64,000 nt of DNA from an uncultured Actinomycetota bacterium (GTDB taxonomy: Bacteria; Actinomycetota; Actinomycetes; Mycobacteriales; Mycobacteriaceae): assembly GCA_963744085.1 (NCBI GenBank), contig CAVUSK010000012.1, positions 36,248 to 100,247 of the forward strand, read 5' to 3'. Shown here piece after piece: positions 41,948 through 53,572 of this stretch; positions within the stretch are counted from its first letter, which is position 1; each line of letters starts with the position of its first letter. The notes below the pieces were generated by a model. It saw only the letters and a list, made by a program, of their open reading frames with translations. It was not told the DNA's origin and ran no database searches. The position numbers and the translations under genes were made by a program.

Positions 41948-43461
41948 TGCCCCGACTCCGTCATCGTGTTCAACACCCGCACCCCACGAAACAGCGCAGA
42001 CGGGCACCCGTGACTGACCGCGGCGACCTGTCCCGGTTGCGCCTTGCCGCAGTTGAACGCGCCGCCGAGCCGCCACGTCGACTCGCCGCCGACCGCCTCC
42101 AGTGAACGCCAGAAGTCGGTGGTTGTGGCCTGGTACGCGACGTCGCGCACCTGTCCGGCCAGCTGCCCTTCGCGGATGGCGAAGAAACGTTGCCCAGTGA
42201 ACTGAAAGTTGTAGCGCTGCATGTCAATTGACCACGACTTGTCGCCGACGATGTACAGACCGTCCTGCACCTGTGCGATGAGGTCCGCGGTCGAGATGTC
42301 CTCGTGCCCGGGCTGCAGCGACACGTTGGCCATCCGCTGAATCGGCACGTGGTGCGCAGAGTCGGCGTATGAACAGCCGTTGGATCTTTCCTCGCCCAGG
42401 CGTGGCGCGAACACCCGGTCGAGTTGGTAGCCGACGAACATGCCGTCGTCCACCAGGTCCCAGCACTGTGCGGCGACGCCCTCGTCGTCGTATCCCACCG
42501 TCGCCAACCCGAAGTCGACCGTGCGGTCGGCGGTCACATTCATCACCGGCGAGCCGTAGCGCAGCTTGCCGAGCAGGTCGGGGGTGGCGAACGACGTCCC
42601 GGCATAGGCGGCCTCGTAGCCGATCGCACGGTCGTATTCGGTTGCGTGCCCGATGGATTCGTGGATCGTCAGCCACAGGTTGGAAGGGTCGATCACCAGG
42701 TCAGTGGGACCCGGTGTGACGCTCGGCGCCTTGACCTTCTCGGTCAGCAGCGACGGAAGCTCGGCCAGTTCCTCCGACCAGTTCCAGATCCCGGCGTCGA
42801 CGACCGCCTCCCAGCCGCGCGCGGAGGGCGGCGCCAGCGTGCGCATCGAGTCGAAGCTTCCGGCAGCGGCGTCGACCGCGAGACCCTCCAACGCCGGCAG
42901 CACCCGCACCCGCTGCTGCGTGATCGAAGACCCGTAGACGTCGGCGTAGAACGTCTGCTCTTTGACGCCGTGAAAACCCGCCGACACGTGATCGACACCG
43001 TCCGCTGATAGCAGCCGGTCCGAATAGTCCTGGAGCACGGCGATCTTGTCGGCAGCCGCGACGTCGAACGGGTCGGTCTCATATGACGACACCCACTCGG
43101 CGTCGCGATAGACGGGCTCCTCGGCCAGCCGGACGGTCTCGGCGTTCAACGCCCGCAGAGTGCGGGCCACCTGGACGGCGCGGCGGGCGGTGTCGGCGGC
43201 CACCTCAGGTGCGAGCTCGGCGTGTGACGCGAATCCCCAGGTCCCGTCCACGATCACCCGCACCGCGAGCCCCAGCTCACGATTGACCACCGACGTTTCC
43301 AGGGTCGCGTCGCGCAGCTGGATGACCTCGGTGACGATCCGGTGGATGCGCAGGTCGGCGTGGCTCGCGCCAGCCGCGGTGGCAGCGCTCAGCGCGGCGT
43401 CAGCAAGCTGAGAACGGGGCAGCGCCAGAAAGTCCGCATCGATCCCCCCTCGCGCCCTCAT
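41944..43461 (-). CDS. tldD: TldD family metallopeptidase
   Basis: LTIHESIGHATE (HExxxH), IQRMANVSL, SWSIDMQRYNFQF, FNCGKAQPGQ. Confidence 0.92.
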   Translation of the reverse strand: MRARGGIDADFLALPRSQLADAALSAATAAGASHADLRIHRIVTEVIQLRDATLETSVVNRELGLAVRVIVDGTWGFASHAELAPEVAADTARRAVQVARTLRALNAETVRLAEEPVYRDAEWVSSYETDPFDVAAADKIAVLQDYSDRLLSADGVDHVSAGFHGVKEQTFYADVYGSSITQQRVRVLPALEGLAVDAAAGSFDSMRTLAPPSARGWEAVVDAGIWNWSEELAELPSLLTEKVKAPSVTPGPTDLVIDPSNLWLTIHESIGHATEYDRAIGYEAAYAGTSFATPDLLGKLRYGSPVMNVTADRTVDFGLATVGYDDEGVAAQCWDLVDDGMFVGYQLDRVFAPRLGEERSNGCSYADSAHHVPIQRMANVSLQPGHEDISTADLIAQVQDGLYIVGDKSWSIDMQRYNFQFTGQRFFAIREGQLAGQVRDVAYQATTTDFWRSLEAVGGESTWRLGGAFNCGKAQPGQVAAVSHGCPSALFRGVRVLNTMTESGH

Positions 43462-43507
43462 CCGTCCTACCGTAACGGTTGGCTCGGGTGACGGCTTTAA
43501 TATCCGC

Positions 43508-44380
43508 ATGGCCACCGCGCGTGTCCGGAGCAGCCCTGTGGCGTACGCGCTGCTGGCGCCGAGCCTGTTCGGGGTCGCAGCCTTCCTGCTGCTTCCGATG
43601 TTCGTCGTGGGCTGGTTGAGCCTGCACCGTTGGGACCTATTGGGCCCCATCCGTTATGTCGGACTGGACAATTGGCGCTCCGTGCTCACCGACGGCACGT
43701 TTGGCAATTCGCTGGTGATGACCGCGGCGTTCGTCGCCCTCGTGGTCCCGGTACAGAGCGCGCTCGGCCTCTTCGCAGCGTCGATGCTCGCCCGCCAGCT
43801 TCCCGGCAGCGTGTTCTTCCGAACGCTGTACGTGATCCCGTGGATCTGTGCGCCGATCGCCATCGCGGTGCTCTGGCGCTGGCTGCTCGCTCCCACCGAC
43901 GGTGCCATCAACACGCTGTTGGGCCACCGGGTGGAGTGGCTCACCGATCCCGGCCTCGCCCTGCCGGTGGTTTCGGCCGTCACCGTCTGGACCAACGTGG
44001 GCTATATGACGCTGTTCTTCCTGGCCGGCATCCTGGCCATCCCCGAACAGATCTACCACGCCGCCCGGTTGGATGGCGCCGGTGCTTGGCAGCGGTTCTG
44101 GCGTATCACGCTGCCGCTCCTCCGCCCGACGCTGTTTTTCGTCGTGGTGACGGGAATCATTAGCGCCGCACAGGTTTTCGACACCGTGTATGCGCTGACT
44201 GGCGGCGGCCCTCAGAACCGCACCGACCTGGTCGCGCACCGCATCTACGTCGAGGCGTTCGGCACAGCAGCGGTCGGCCGGGCCGCAGTGATGGCGATCG
44301 TCCTGTTCGCGATCCTGGTGTTCGCCACTGTCGCGCAACACCTCTATTTCCGACGACGGATCAGCTATGACCTCGCCTAG
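43508..44380 (+). CDS. uspA: Carbohydrate/amino-sugar ABC permease UspA
   Basis: EAA-like loop YHAARLDGAGAWQRFWRITLPLL; synteny. Confidence 0.9.
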   Translation: MATARVRSSPVAYALLAPSLFGVAAFLLLPMFVVGWLSLHRWDLLGPIRYVGLDNWRSVLTDGTFGNSLVMTAAFVALVVPVQSALGLFAASMLARQLPGSVFFRTLYVIPWICAPIAIAVLWRWLLAPTDGAINTLLGHRVEWLTDPGLALPVVSAVTVWTNVGYMTLFFLAGILAIPEQIYHAARLDGAGAWQRFWRITLPLLRPTLFFVVVTGIISAAQVFDTVYALTGGGPQNRTDLVAHRIYVEAFGTAAVGRAAVMAIVLFAILVFATVAQHLYFRRRISYDLA

Positions 44381-45194
44381 CCGTGCGGCCTCCGGCGTCA
44401 CAATCTACGTGTTGCTGAGCCTCGGCGCGCTGATCACGTTGGCGCCGTTCGTGTTCGGTGTCGTAACGTCGTTCACCTCGGCGCGGCAGTTCGCAACGGG
44501 CACACCACTTCAGGTGCCGAATCCCCCGACACTGCAAAATTACACGGGGCTGGCCGACGCCGGCTTCGGGCGCGCCGTCGCGGTGACCGCGCTGATGACC
44601 GCCGTGATCGTGCTCGGCCAGCTGACGTTCTCGGTGCTGGCGGCATACGCGTTCGCCCGGTTGTCCTTTCGCGGACGTGATGTGCTGTTCTGGATTTACA
44701 TCGCGACGTTGATGGTGCCGCCCACCGTGACCATCGTGCCGTTGTATCTGATGATGGCGCAGGCCGGCCTTCGCAACACGTTCTGGGCGCTGGTGCTGCC
44801 GTTCGTGTTCGGGTCGCCATACGCGATCTTCCTGTTGCGCGAGTACTTCCGCACGATCCCGGCCGACCTGATCGACGCCGCACGCCTCGAGGGCGCGAAC
44901 ACACTCGATATCCTGGTGCACGTCGTGATCCCGGTCAGCAAGCCGATCCTCGTAACGCTGACCCTGATCACCGTTGTCTCGCAGTGGAACAACTTCATGT
45001 GGCCGCTGGTGATCACCAGCGGGCCGAAGTGGCGGGTGTTGACGGTCGCCACCGCGGGGTTGCAGTCCCAGTACAACGCTCAGTGGACGCTGGTCATGGC
45101 GGCGACAACGGTCGCGATCGTCCCGCTGCTCGTGGTGTTCGTAGCGTTTCAGCGCCACATCGTCCGGTCTATCGTCGTGACGGGTCTGAAATGA
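44367..45194 (+). CDS. uspB: ABC permease UspB
   Basis: LIDAARLEGA, QWNNFMWPLVI; overlaps uspA. Confidence 0.9.
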   Translation: MTSPSRAASGVTIYVLLSLGALITLAPFVFGVVTSFTSARQFATGTPLQVPNPPTLQNYTGLADAGFGRAVAVTALMTAVIVLGQLTFSVLAAYAFARLSFRGRDVLFWIYIATLMVPPTVTIVPLYLMMAQAGLRNTFWALVLPFVFGSPYAIFLLREYFRTIPADLIDAARLEGANTLDILVHVVIPVSKPILVTLTLITVVSQWNNFMWPLVITSGPKWRVLTVATAGLQSQYNAQWTLVMAATTVAIVPLLVVFVAFQRHIVRSIVVTGLK

Positions 45195-46489
45195 TTGCGC
45201 GACCCAAGTTTTCGACGTTGACTGCGCTCAGCCTCATCGCCGTGATGGCGGTCCTACTGGCATCGGCCGTCGTTCTCGGCCGAGAAACCGAACCGGGCGG
45301 GCGGACGGTGGTCACGGTGCGGCTGTGGGATCAGCAGGTGGCCGCGGCGTACCGCAAATCGTTCGAGGAGTTCACCCGTCGCCACCCCGGCATTGAGGTG
45401 CGCGTCAACGTCGTCGCGTACTCCACATACTTCGACACGTTGCGCACCGACCTCGCGGGCGGCAGTGCCGACGACATCTTCTGGATCAGCAACGCATATT
45501 TCGCGCCCTACGCCGACAGCGGCCGGCTCGTCGACGTCACCGGGGCGGTGGGGCCGCAAGCCGCGGCCGAATGGGAACCGTCGGTGGTCGAGCAGTTCAC
45601 CCGAGACGGCACGCTGTGGGGGGTGCCGCAGCTGACCGACGCTGGAATCGCGTTGTACTACAACGCTGATCTGCTGTCCGCGGCCGGTGTGGACCCGGCG
45701 GCACTCGACACACTGCGGTGGAGCCCTGACGACGCAACGGACACCCTGCGGCCACTGCTGGCCCGCCTAGCCGGTGACCGGACACGGCAGTGGGCCTACA
45801 ACGCCGCCAACGACCTCCAAGGCATCTACCTCAACTACATCGGCTCGGCGGGTGGTGTGTTCTCCGACGGTGACCGGTTCGCGTTCGACAATCCGCAGGC
45901 TGCCGAGGCGTTTCGCTATCTCGTGCGCCTGATCAACAGCGACAGGCTGGCGCCACCGGCCTCCGACACCAACGACAACGGTGACTTCTCGCGCAACATG
46001 TTCCTACAGGGGCGGATGGCGCTGTTCCAGTCGGGTACCTACAACCTGGCGCAGGTCGCGTCCAACGCCCGCTTCCGGTGGGGCATCGCGTCGATGCCCT
46101 CGGGACCTGTCGGCCGGGTCAGCGTCACCAACGGCATCGCCGCTGCGGGAAATTCGGCCTCGCCCCACCCTGACGCGGTACGCGACGTACTCGAGTGGAT
46201 GGGCAGCGCCGACGGCAATGCCTACTTGGGTGCCGACGGAGCGGCGGTGCCCGCCGTGCTGGCCGCGCAACACACATACTTCGACTACTGGGCTGCCAGG
46301 GGCGTTGACGTCTCCCCGTTCTTCGACGTGCTGCGGGGTCCGCGGATTCCCGCACCGGGTGGGGCGGGGTTCGCGGCGGGATTCGAGGCCCTCAAACCGT
46401 ATTTCGACGAGATGTTCCTCGGCCGCCTCGATGTCATGCAGGCACTGGGCCGAGGTCAGGCCGCGGCCAACGCGGCCGCCGACCGCTAG
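45191..46489 (+). CDS. uspC: ABC substrate-binding protein UspC
   Basis: N-terminal anchor, [25 protein letters not shown]; ATG overlaps the uspB stop. Confidence 0.9.
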   Translation: MIARPKFSTLTALSLIAVMAVLLASAVVLGRETEPGGRTVVTVRLWDQQVAAAYRKSFEEFTRRHPGIEVRVNVVAYSTYFDTLRTDLAGGSADDIFWISNAYFAPYADSGRLVDVTGAVGPQAAAEWEPSVVEQFTRDGTLWGVPQLTDAGIALYYNADLLSAAGVDPAALDTLRWSPDDATDTLRPLLARLAGDRTRQWAYNAANDLQGIYLNYIGSAGGVFSDGDRFAFDNPQAAEAFRYLVRLINSDRLAPPASDTNDNGDFSRNMFLQGRMALFQSGTYNLAQVASNARFRWGIASMPSGPVGRVSVTNGIAAAGNSASPHPDAVRDVLEWMGSADGNAYLGADGAAVPAVLAAQHTYFDYWAARGVDVSPFFDVLRGPRIPAPGGAGFAAGFEALKPYFDEMFLGRLDVMQALGRGQAAANAAADR

Positions 46490-47310
46490 ACGGTGGTCGC
46501 GCCCAGCAGCTGCTCGCTGACGATCGCAGCCGCCGACACCGCCGCCACGAGCAGCAGCGCTACCGCATCGGGCCACCGCGGCCGCGCCGGCGTCGCCGAA
46601 ATCTGCCCGGTGCCACCGCGTGCCGCGATGGCGTCGCCCATCTCGTCGGCACGCCGCAGCGCGACCGTGATCGCGGCGGTCACCATGTCGATCAGCTCAG
46701 CTCGCCGCTGCCTCAGCCGCTCCCGTCGCGTCGTCGGCACTGAACGTGGCCGCAGCCGGCGGGCGGCATAGAGGATGCGGAACTCGTCGATCAACATGGG
46801 GAATGCGCGAAGTGCCAAGGCCAGCACCGTCGCCCACTCGTCGACCGGGATCCGCAGCCACCGCATTGGGCGGCCAAGCGTCGCGACCGCCGGTGCAACC
46901 TCCGCGACGTTGGTGGTCCACGACATCATCGCGCCCAGACCGAGCAGCACAATCGACAATGCGGTGACGCGCAGGAAGTACAGGAGCCCGCCCAAACCCA
47001 GTTCCACAGAGCCGAAGTGGACGTCCGGAGGGCCCCCACCCAGTGCCGCGGTGATCCCGCCGACCGCCACTATCACCCACAGCAAACGCGGCACCGACGG
47101 CAGCGCGCCACGTGGAATCCGCGCCATCAAAGCAGCGGTGAGCACGAGGGCGGCGACGAGCGCGATGGTGAGCCAGCCTGGGTAGAACGTCAGCAGCACC
47201 GAGATAACAAACACGGCAATGAGTTTCGTTCCGGCCCACAACTCGTGAATCGTCGACGTGCCTGGAATGGGGCGCAGCAGAACAACCGGCCGACGCGTCG
47301 GGGCGCTCAT
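46486..47310 (-). CDS. Energy-coupling-factor transporter transmembrane (T) component
   Basis: [31 protein letters not shown]. Confidence 0.88.
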   Translation of the reverse strand: MSAPTRRPVVLLRPIPGTSTIHELWAGTKLIAVFVISVLLTFYPGWLTIALVAALVLTAALMARIPRGALPSVPRLLWVIVAVGGITAALGGGPPDVHFGSVELGLGGLLYFLRVTALSIVLLGLGAMMSWTTNVAEVAPAVATLGRPMRWLRIPVDEWATVLALALRAFPMLIDEFRILYAARRLRPRSVPTTRRERLRQRRAELIDMVTAAITVALRRADEMGDAIAARGGTGQISATPARPRWPDAVALLLVAAVSAAAIVSEQLLGATTV

Positions 47311-49364
47311 GCGGCACCCCCGGCGGTCGCCGGCGCCGGCCGCACCACGCCGTCCTGGAGGCGCAGCGTGCGCGGGCATAGGTTCTCCAGCCCGGCGAAG
47401 TCATGTGAGATTACGACCACCGTCAGTCCCGTGCGGCGCCGTAGATCTTCGAGCAGACGCACCAGCCCGCGCTGGCTGGCGACGTCCACCCCGGCAAGAG
47501 GCTCGTCGAGGATGAGCGCGCGTGGCGAGCGCCCCAGCAACCCGGCCAGCACGACGCGCCGCATCTGCCCACCGCTCAGCTGGTCGATTCGCCTGGTGGC
47601 CAGCGATGCATCCAGTCCCACGGTCGCGAGCGCGGCCACCACGCGGTCTGTCTCGGTCGGCGAAAACCCTGCCGCTGACGCGACTTCTCGATCGACCCGA
47701 CCGCGCATCAGCTGCAGCCTGGCGGCCTGGAACGATATCGCGACGGCGCCCACCTGGTCGCTCACGGGCCTGCCGTCGAGCAGGCAGCTGCCGGTGGTGG
47801 GTACGGTGAGCCCCGCCATGATCCAGGCCAGAGTCGATTTGCCGGAACCGTTGCCGCCATGGATCAGCAGGCCGTCCCCCTCGTACACGTCGAAACTGAC
47901 ATCGCGCAAAGCGGTTGTGGCCCAAGGCGTTCCGCTGGCGTATTCGTGGCCTACCCCATCGACCTCGATCACCGCCGCTGCCGATCGCAGATCCACCGGT
48001 GGCGTCGCCACCGGCGCGGCCACCGGCTTGACCATCTCGGTGTTGTCGCTGTTGCCGTTGCCTGTCAGGTTGACGATTCGCTCGGCCGAGTCGGCCTCGT
48101 TGTTGTCGTGCGTTATGTGCACCAACGTCATTCGGTGGCGCTCGCGCAGCCCGGCCAGAAGCCGCAACAGCGACGCGCGGCCAGGCTGGTCGACCATGCT
48201 CGTCACCTCGTCTGCGATCAGCAGTGACGGCTCCCGTGCGAGCGCGGCCGCCACCGCGAGTCGCTGCAGTTCGCCGCCGGAGAGCCCGCCGGTGTCACGC
48301 TCGGCCAGCCCGTCGAGGCCCACCTCCTCGAGGATCCTGGGCACGTCGGTGCTCTGCCCGGGCGGTAGCCCCCACACCACGTCGTCGGCGACACGAGTCC
48401 CGAGGACCTGGCTCTCCGGGTGCTGCATGATCACCGCAGTGCCACCGACCTTGCCGAGCCCGACGGAGCCCGGTCTTTCGATCGTTCCCGAGGTGGGCTG
48501 CTGCCCGGCTAAGAGCAGCATCAGCGTGGTCTTGCCCGAGCCGTTCACGCCGGTGATCGCGACGTGTTCGCCGGGTTCCACACTCAAAGTCACCGGTCCC
48601 AGCGCGTCGTTGTCGGCATTTGGATATCGAAAGGTGACGTCGTGCAACCGCACCGGAAGAGGCGCGATCACGCCGGGATCGGCGGGCGTATCCAGTTTCT
48701 GAAGGTCGGAAACCGACCACAACCGCCTGAGCACGCGCGACAGAGCCCACCATCCGATCAGCGTGACGATCAAGATGAACAGCACCGATAGACCGCCGAT
48801 CAGCCACGGCCAGTAACTCAACAACCGCGCGAACGTGTCTTTGAGGCGCTCGGCGAACGGCTGCATGTACGGCACGTGAGATAGCGCGCGCGCCACGCCG
48901 TTGACGTTCGCAGTCATTGATTCGAAGATCAAATTCCGCAGCCGCGACAGCACGGCCAGGCCAGCGACCACGGCAAAACCGCACGCCACACCAGCGCAGA
49001 CCCCCACCACGATCACTGTGGGCGTGCCCCGGTTGCGGCGCTTGACCAGGCCGACCAACCCGCCGATGTAGGCGCATTGGACCACGGTCATCATCCCGCC
49101 CATGCCCGCAATCAGGAACGCGATCAGCGCGCCGGCGACCGTCGCCCCAATCAGAACGCGAATGCGGTAGCGGTAGGAAATGATGCCCATCGGAACGGTG
49201 CCGAGCAGCGCCAATCCTGCAGCGAACGGGATAACCACCGACACAATCGCGGTGGCTGCGGACAACGCCGCCATCACCGACGCCTGCGCGAACTCGCCGG
49301 GCCGAAGCGACCCCTTGCGAGCCGGGTGCGGCAGCCCGTCCCGCGGCACCCGGCTCCCAGTCAC
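47307..49364 (-). CDS. ECF/ABC protein with N-terminal membrane domain and two ATPase domains
   Basis: [16 protein letters not shown] and [17 protein letters not shown]. Confidence 0.92.
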   Translation of the reverse strand: MTGSRVPRDGLPHPARKGSLRPGEFAQASVMAALSAATAIVSVVIPFAAGLALLGTVPMGIISYRYRIRVLIGATVAGALIAFLIAGMGGMMTVVQCAYIGGLVGLVKRRNRGTPTVIVVGVCAGVACGFAVVAGLAVLSRLRNLIFESMTANVNGVARALSHVPYMQPFAERLKDTFARLLSYWPWLIGGLSVLFILIVTLIGWWALSRVLRRLWSVSDLQKLDTPADPGVIAPLPVRLHDVTFRYPNADNDALGPVTLSVEPGEHVAITGVNGSGKTTLMLLLAGQQPTSGTIERPGSVGLGKVGGTAVIMQHPESQVLGTRVADDVVWGLPPGQSTDVPRILEEVGLDGLAERDTGGLSGGELQRLAVAAALAREPSLLIADEVTSMVDQPGRASLLRLLAGLRERHRMTLVHITHDNNEADSAERIVNLTGNGNSDNTEMVKPVAAPVATPPVDLRSAAAVIEVDGVGHEYASGTPWATTALRDVSFDVYEGDGLLIHGGNGSGKSTLAWIMAGLTVPTTGSCLLDGRPVSDQVGAVAISFQAARLQLMRGRVDREVASAAGFSPTETDRVVAALATVGLDASLATRRIDQLSGGQMRRVVLAGLLGRSPRALILDEPLAGVDVASQRGLVRLLEDLRRRTGLTVVVISHDFAGLENLCPRTLRLQDGVVRPAPATAGGAA

Positions 49365-49447
49365 TTCTTGATTCTGCCAGGCGGCGCCGCGGGGTTGTGA
49401 AACGCAACACGTTGATCGTGCATAGGCAACCTATGTAATTTGGAAGC

Positions 49448-49915
49448 ATGTCTTCTTCCGAATCCGCGCGCCCGTCGCTCGGAGTCGACCTGCTGGGGGT
49501 GGTGGCCAGACTGAACCGGCTCGCTACCCAGCGCACGACGCTCCCGCTGCCGTGGGCTCAGGCCCGGCTGCTGGGGACGATCGGGGACCAAGGCCCGACC
49601 CGGATCTCCGACCTCGCCGCGCTGGACCACTGCTCGCAGCCGACGATGACCATGCAGGTGCGCCGCCTGGAAGACGCCGGTTTCGTCACCCGGACCACCG
49701 ATCCCGCCGATGCGAGGGCGGTCCTCATCGAGATCACGCCGGCGGGAATCGACACGTTGCGTCACGTGCGTGCCGACCGCGCCGGTGTCATCGATCCGCA
49801 CATCGCCGCGCTCGACTCCGACGACCGGCAGACGCTGGCCGCCGCCGTTGCTGTGCTGCACCGGTTGCTCGACGACGCGGCGACCAACCCACGAACACCC
49901 CGAACTGACGAATAA
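49448..49915 (+). CDS. MarR family regulator
   Basis: RISDLAALDHCSQPTMT...RLEDAGFVTRTTDPADARAVLIEIT. Confidence 0.92.
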   Translation: MSSSESARPSLGVDLLGVVARLNRLATQRTTLPLPWAQARLLGTIGDQGPTRISDLAALDHCSQPTMTMQVRRLEDAGFVTRTTDPADARAVLIEITPAGIDTLRHVRADRAGVIDPHIAALDSDDRQTLAAAVAVLHRLLDDAATNPRTPRTDE

Positions 49916-49959
49916 TAAGTAGCCGTTTCGCGCCAGATCGCCCTTGTCTCAATATGTTC

Positions 49960-50156
49960 GGCGACAAAGAGTGCGCACGGCGTCGCCCGGCGACTGGTAC
50001 TACAACAACGATTCGAACCCGGGCGGTCAACGTTCGTGCGGCACCTACAACGGTCAGCCGGACATGTTCTACACCAGGAACGCCGACCTGATGTTGGGCA
50101 ATATCTTTAGCAACGATATGAATTCGCTATATCAGTGGTGGCAGAACTACGGTTGA
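49960..50156 (+). pseudogene. Remnant resembling the C-terminal extracellular domain of mycobacterial kinase/sensor proteins
   Basis: SPGDWYY...CGTY...DLMLG...LYQWW; no credible start. Confidence 0.35.
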
Positions 50157-50169
50157 GCCCTCATCCTCG

Positions 50170-50889
50170 CTAGGGGCTCACAGCCGAACCGATAAGTAGC
50201 CCAACGAGATACGTCGCGGCGATAGCAACCGCCCCGAATGCCAATTGGCGCGTGGACGCCCACCACACCGGCTTTCCGGTGTACCGGGCCGCGACTCCCC
50301 CGGCAACGAGCAGTCCGACGCCGCCGCACACCAGCCCGGCGGCGAGCGAGGCGAAGCCGAGTAGGTATGGGATCAGCGGGACGACCGCGCCGATCGCGAA
50401 CATGAGGAACGACGAGATCGCGGCAAGGCGTGCGGACGGCTTTTCGCGGGGGTCGACGCCGAGCTCGGCAACCATGTGGAAATTGACCGCCTGGTTCTCG
50501 TCCTGATGGATCTCTTTCGTGGCCGCGCGCGCCGTCTCCTCGGACATGCCCATCTGGACGAGCATCTGAACGAGCTCCTCCATCTCGGCCTGCGGATGAG
50601 CGCGAAACGCACGACGTTCAAGGCGCAGTTCGGAATCGATCTGTTCATTGGCCGTCGTGACGGACGTGTACTCGCCCAGCGCCATAGAGAACGAGCCGGC
50701 GAGCAGACCGGCGACGCCACTGAGCACGACCGCGTGAGCGTTCGCCGCCGCCGCAACCCCGGCGATCAACGCGGTGTTGCTCACCAGACCGTCCATCGCC
50801 CCGAAGCTCGCCGCCCTCAGCCATCCGCCGGACACGTCGCTGTGGGTGTGGTCGAACTCATGCGGCAGGCCGGTGCGCGGCGTTGTCAT
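50170..50889 (-). CDS. VIT1/CCC1 family Fe/Mn transporter
   Basis: LRAASFGAMDGLVSN, SMALGEYTS, GAVVPLIPY. Confidence 0.92.
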   Translation of the reverse strand: MTTPRTGLPHEFDHTHSDVSGGWLRAASFGAMDGLVSNTALIAGVAAAANAHAVVLSGVAGLLAGSFSMALGEYTSVTTANEQIDSELRLERRAFRAHPQAEMEELVQMLVQMGMSEETARAATKEIHQDENQAVNFHMVAELGVDPREKPSARLAAISSFLMFAIGAVVPLIPYLLGFASLAAGLVCGGVGLLVAGGVAARYTGKPVWWASTRQLAFGAVAIAATYLVGLLIGSAVSP

Positions 50890-50991
50890 GACGCCAATTG
50901 AACGCCTGCGGCGCACGCCACACCTACGCAGGTAGACCTACCCTTTGCGGGAGTGCTGCCGCGGGGATGCGGCTACGGGTTACCGTCTGGT

Positions 50992-52956
50992 ATGGCGTCG
51001 ACTACCACTCAGATCTCTCCTGACCTTGCCCGGCATCTACTGATCACTCTCGACGGCCGGTGGCACCAGGTACGGAACCGGTGCCGTGAGCAGCTGGCAG
51101 GCGAAGTCTTCCGGCCGCATTACACCCCCAACACGGTGATCGCGCGTACCAAGACGATGGAGCAGCTGAAGATCGTCGCCGCGGGAGGCGCAGCCGATGA
51201 CGGCTTTCGCAAGGAGCACGGCGGAACCGGCGACGTCGGGGCGGCGGTCACCACTATCGAGATGCTCGCGATGTCCGACCTCTCACTCATGGTGAAAGCC
51301 GGTGTGCAATGGGGACTGTTCGGCGGCGCGATCGAGAACCTCGGCACCGAACGCCACCACGAGGCGTACGTGCAGAAGATCATCAACCTCGACCTGCTCG
51401 GCTGCTTCGCGATGACCGAGACCGGCCACGGCAGCGACGTCCAGGCGCTGGAGACCACAGCAACCTACGACAGGGAGACCGACGAGTTCGTCATCCACTC
51501 ACCCACCAAGACGTCACGCAAGGACTACATCGGCGGCGCAGCGGAATCCGCCCGAATGGCAGCGGTTTTCGCGCAGCTGATCACCGCGGGTCCGGGAGAA
51601 GAGCCGAAGAATCACGGAGTGCATTGCTTCGCCGTACCCATCCGTGACGACGAGGGCAATGACCTCCCCGGCGTCACTACATCCGACTGCGACTACAAGG
51701 GCGGGCTGCCCGGTGTGGACAACGGTCGCATCATGTTCGATCACGTCCGAATCCCGCGGAACAACCTGCTCAACAAATACGGTGACGTTTCCGAGGACGG
51801 CACATACTCGTCACCGATCGACAATCCGAACCGGCGGTTCTTCACAATGCTGGGAACGCTGGTGCGCGGCCGAGTGACCGTCGGTGGCAGTGCGGCGGCC
51901 GCCACGCAGGTGGCGCTAGACATCGCCACCCGATATGCGTTGCAGCGCAGGCAATTCAAGACTCCAGATGACGAGGGCGAGGTATTGCTGATGGACTACC
52001 TCGTCCATCAGCGTCGGCTCCTGCCGCTCATCGCGAGGTCCTATGCGCTGCAATTCGCGCAGAACGAGTTGGTGGCCAAGCTCCACGAAATCCAGACCAC
52101 CGAGATTCCGGACCCGGAGGAACAGCGCGAGCTCGAGTCACGCGCTGCCGGCCTGAAGGCGGCCAATACATGGCATGCCAGCCGTGCGATTCAAGAGGCC
52201 CGCGAAGCCTGCGGCGGCGCAGGCTATCTGGCTGAGAACAGGTTGATTGCGTTGCGGGGCGACACCGACGTCTTCACCACCTTCGAGGGCGACAACCATG
52301 TGCTGATCCAGCTGGTCGCCAAGGAACAGCTGACTGCGTACTCCGATGACATACACAGCATGAGCCCTGTCGAGTGGGTTCGGTTCGCGGCCAGCACTGT
52401 CGGAGACAGGGTTGTCAAACGTACCCTGGCGCAAGCGCTTTGGCAGAGAATCATCGACACCCGCCAAGATAACGAGGAAGAGGGCAGCCTTTTCAATCGC
52501 GGCACTCAGATGAAGATGTTCGAGGACCGCGAGGAATATCTGCTGTCGACCGTCGCCCGTCGCCTGCAGGACAGGACCAAGGAGAAAGACGCGTTCGACG
52601 CGTTCAACGAGGTGCAGGATCACGTGCTGCACGCAGCGACCGCGCACATCGACCGCATCATCCTGGAGGCCTTCGTCGCCGGCATCGAATCGTGCGATAG
52701 CCGGGAGGCTCAGCGTGTGCTGAACATGGTGTGCGATCTCTATGCGTTGTCGGTGATCGAGGAAGACAAGGCCTGGTTCACCGAACACACCTACCTGTCG
52801 ACGGAACGGGCCAAGGCCGTCACGCGGGGCATCAACGAACGCTGCCGCACGCTGCGGCCGTATGCGGAAGCCCTCGTCGACGGCTTCGGGATTCCCGAGC
52901 AGTTGCGCGACGTGCCGATGCTGCACCCGGAGCGCATCGACGAAGACGACGACTGA
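50992..52956 (+). CDS. Acyl-CoA oxidase/dehydrogenase family protein
   Basis: GCFAMTETGHGSDV, KDYIG, GVDNGRI, REACGGAGY, TTFEGDN. Confidence 0.92.
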   Translation: MASTTTQISPDLARHLLITLDGRWHQVRNRCREQLAGEVFRPHYTPNTVIARTKTMEQLKIVAAGGAADDGFRKEHGGTGDVGAAVTTIEMLAMSDLSLMVKAGVQWGLFGGAIENLGTERHHEAYVQKIINLDLLGCFAMTETGHGSDVQALETTATYDRETDEFVIHSPTKTSRKDYIGGAAESARMAAVFAQLITAGPGEEPKNHGVHCFAVPIRDDEGNDLPGVTTSDCDYKGGLPGVDNGRIMFDHVRIPRNNLLNKYGDVSEDGTYSSPIDNPNRRFFTMLGTLVRGRVTVGGSAAAATQVALDIATRYALQRRQFKTPDDEGEVLLMDYLVHQRRLLPLIARSYALQFAQNELVAKLHEIQTTEIPDPEEQRELESRAAGLKAANTWHASRAIQEAREACGGAGYLAENRLIALRGDTDVFTTFEGDNHVLIQLVAKEQLTAYSDDIHSMSPVEWVRFAASTVGDRVVKRTLAQALWQRIIDTRQDNEEEGSLFNRGTQMKMFEDREEYLLSTVARRLQDRTKEKDAFDAFNEVQDHVLHAATAHIDRIILEAFVAGIESCDSREAQRVLNMVCDLYALSVIEEDKAWFTEHTYLSTERAKAVTRGINERCRTLRPYAEALVDGFGIPEQLRDVPMLHPERIDEDDD

Positions 52957-52959
52957 CCG

Positions 52960-53448
52960 CTACCGGTTGGGGATCGGGTCCAGCGCCTTGAGCTTGCCGT
53001 CGTCGCCCAGCTCGAACCTGACCTGAGCTATTCCAGTCGGCCTGCCCGGGGCGTCGCCGCCTTGCTGCCACTGGTACTGCACGGTCACAGTGTTGTCGCC
53101 CGAACTCAGCACCACGGTGTAGGGCTTGGGCTCAGGCGTCGCGGTGCCGATCGGGGTGTTGCGGTCGAAGAACAGCAGGTGCTGCGGCGCGGCCGGGTCG
53201 GCCCCGGCGCCCACCTGCACCCAGTACAGGCGGCAATTCTTGGTGTGGCCGCGGGCCGTTTCCTTCCACGCGCCCTGTGAGGCTGGCCGTAGCCCGTTGA
53301 TGGCGGAGGCCACGGCGTCTGGCGTGGGCCCGTCCGTGGGGGCGCAGGTGTCGGGCGACGGCGGCGGTGCACTCGGGGGGCTCCAGCCGCAACCGGCGAC
53401 GAGAAGTCCGCACGCCAGCAGCATGACCGCGAGTCGGCGAAATCGCAT
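52960..53448 (-). CDS. lppP: LppP/LprE family lipoprotein
   Basis: Lipobox LVAGC; CRLYWVQV, HLLFFD, VTVQYQW. Confidence 0.8.
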   Translation of the reverse strand: MRFRRLAVMLLACGLLVAGCGWSPPSAPPPSPDTCAPTDGPTPDAVASAINGLRPASQGAWKETARGHTKNCRLYWVQVGAGADPAAPQHLLFFDRNTPIGTATPEPKPYTVVLSSGDNTVTVQYQWQQGGDAPGRPTGIAQVRFELGDDGKLKALDPIPNR

Positions 53449-53572
53449 GAGTTTCACCCTAGTGAGCGCGGCCGGACGAAAGATCTCCCAGAAAAGTGTC
53501 CCCGTTTCGACTCGTGGTCGCTCCTACACGTGAACGCAGCCCACAGGGGGGTGCGAGAACGCAAGGAGAAGC

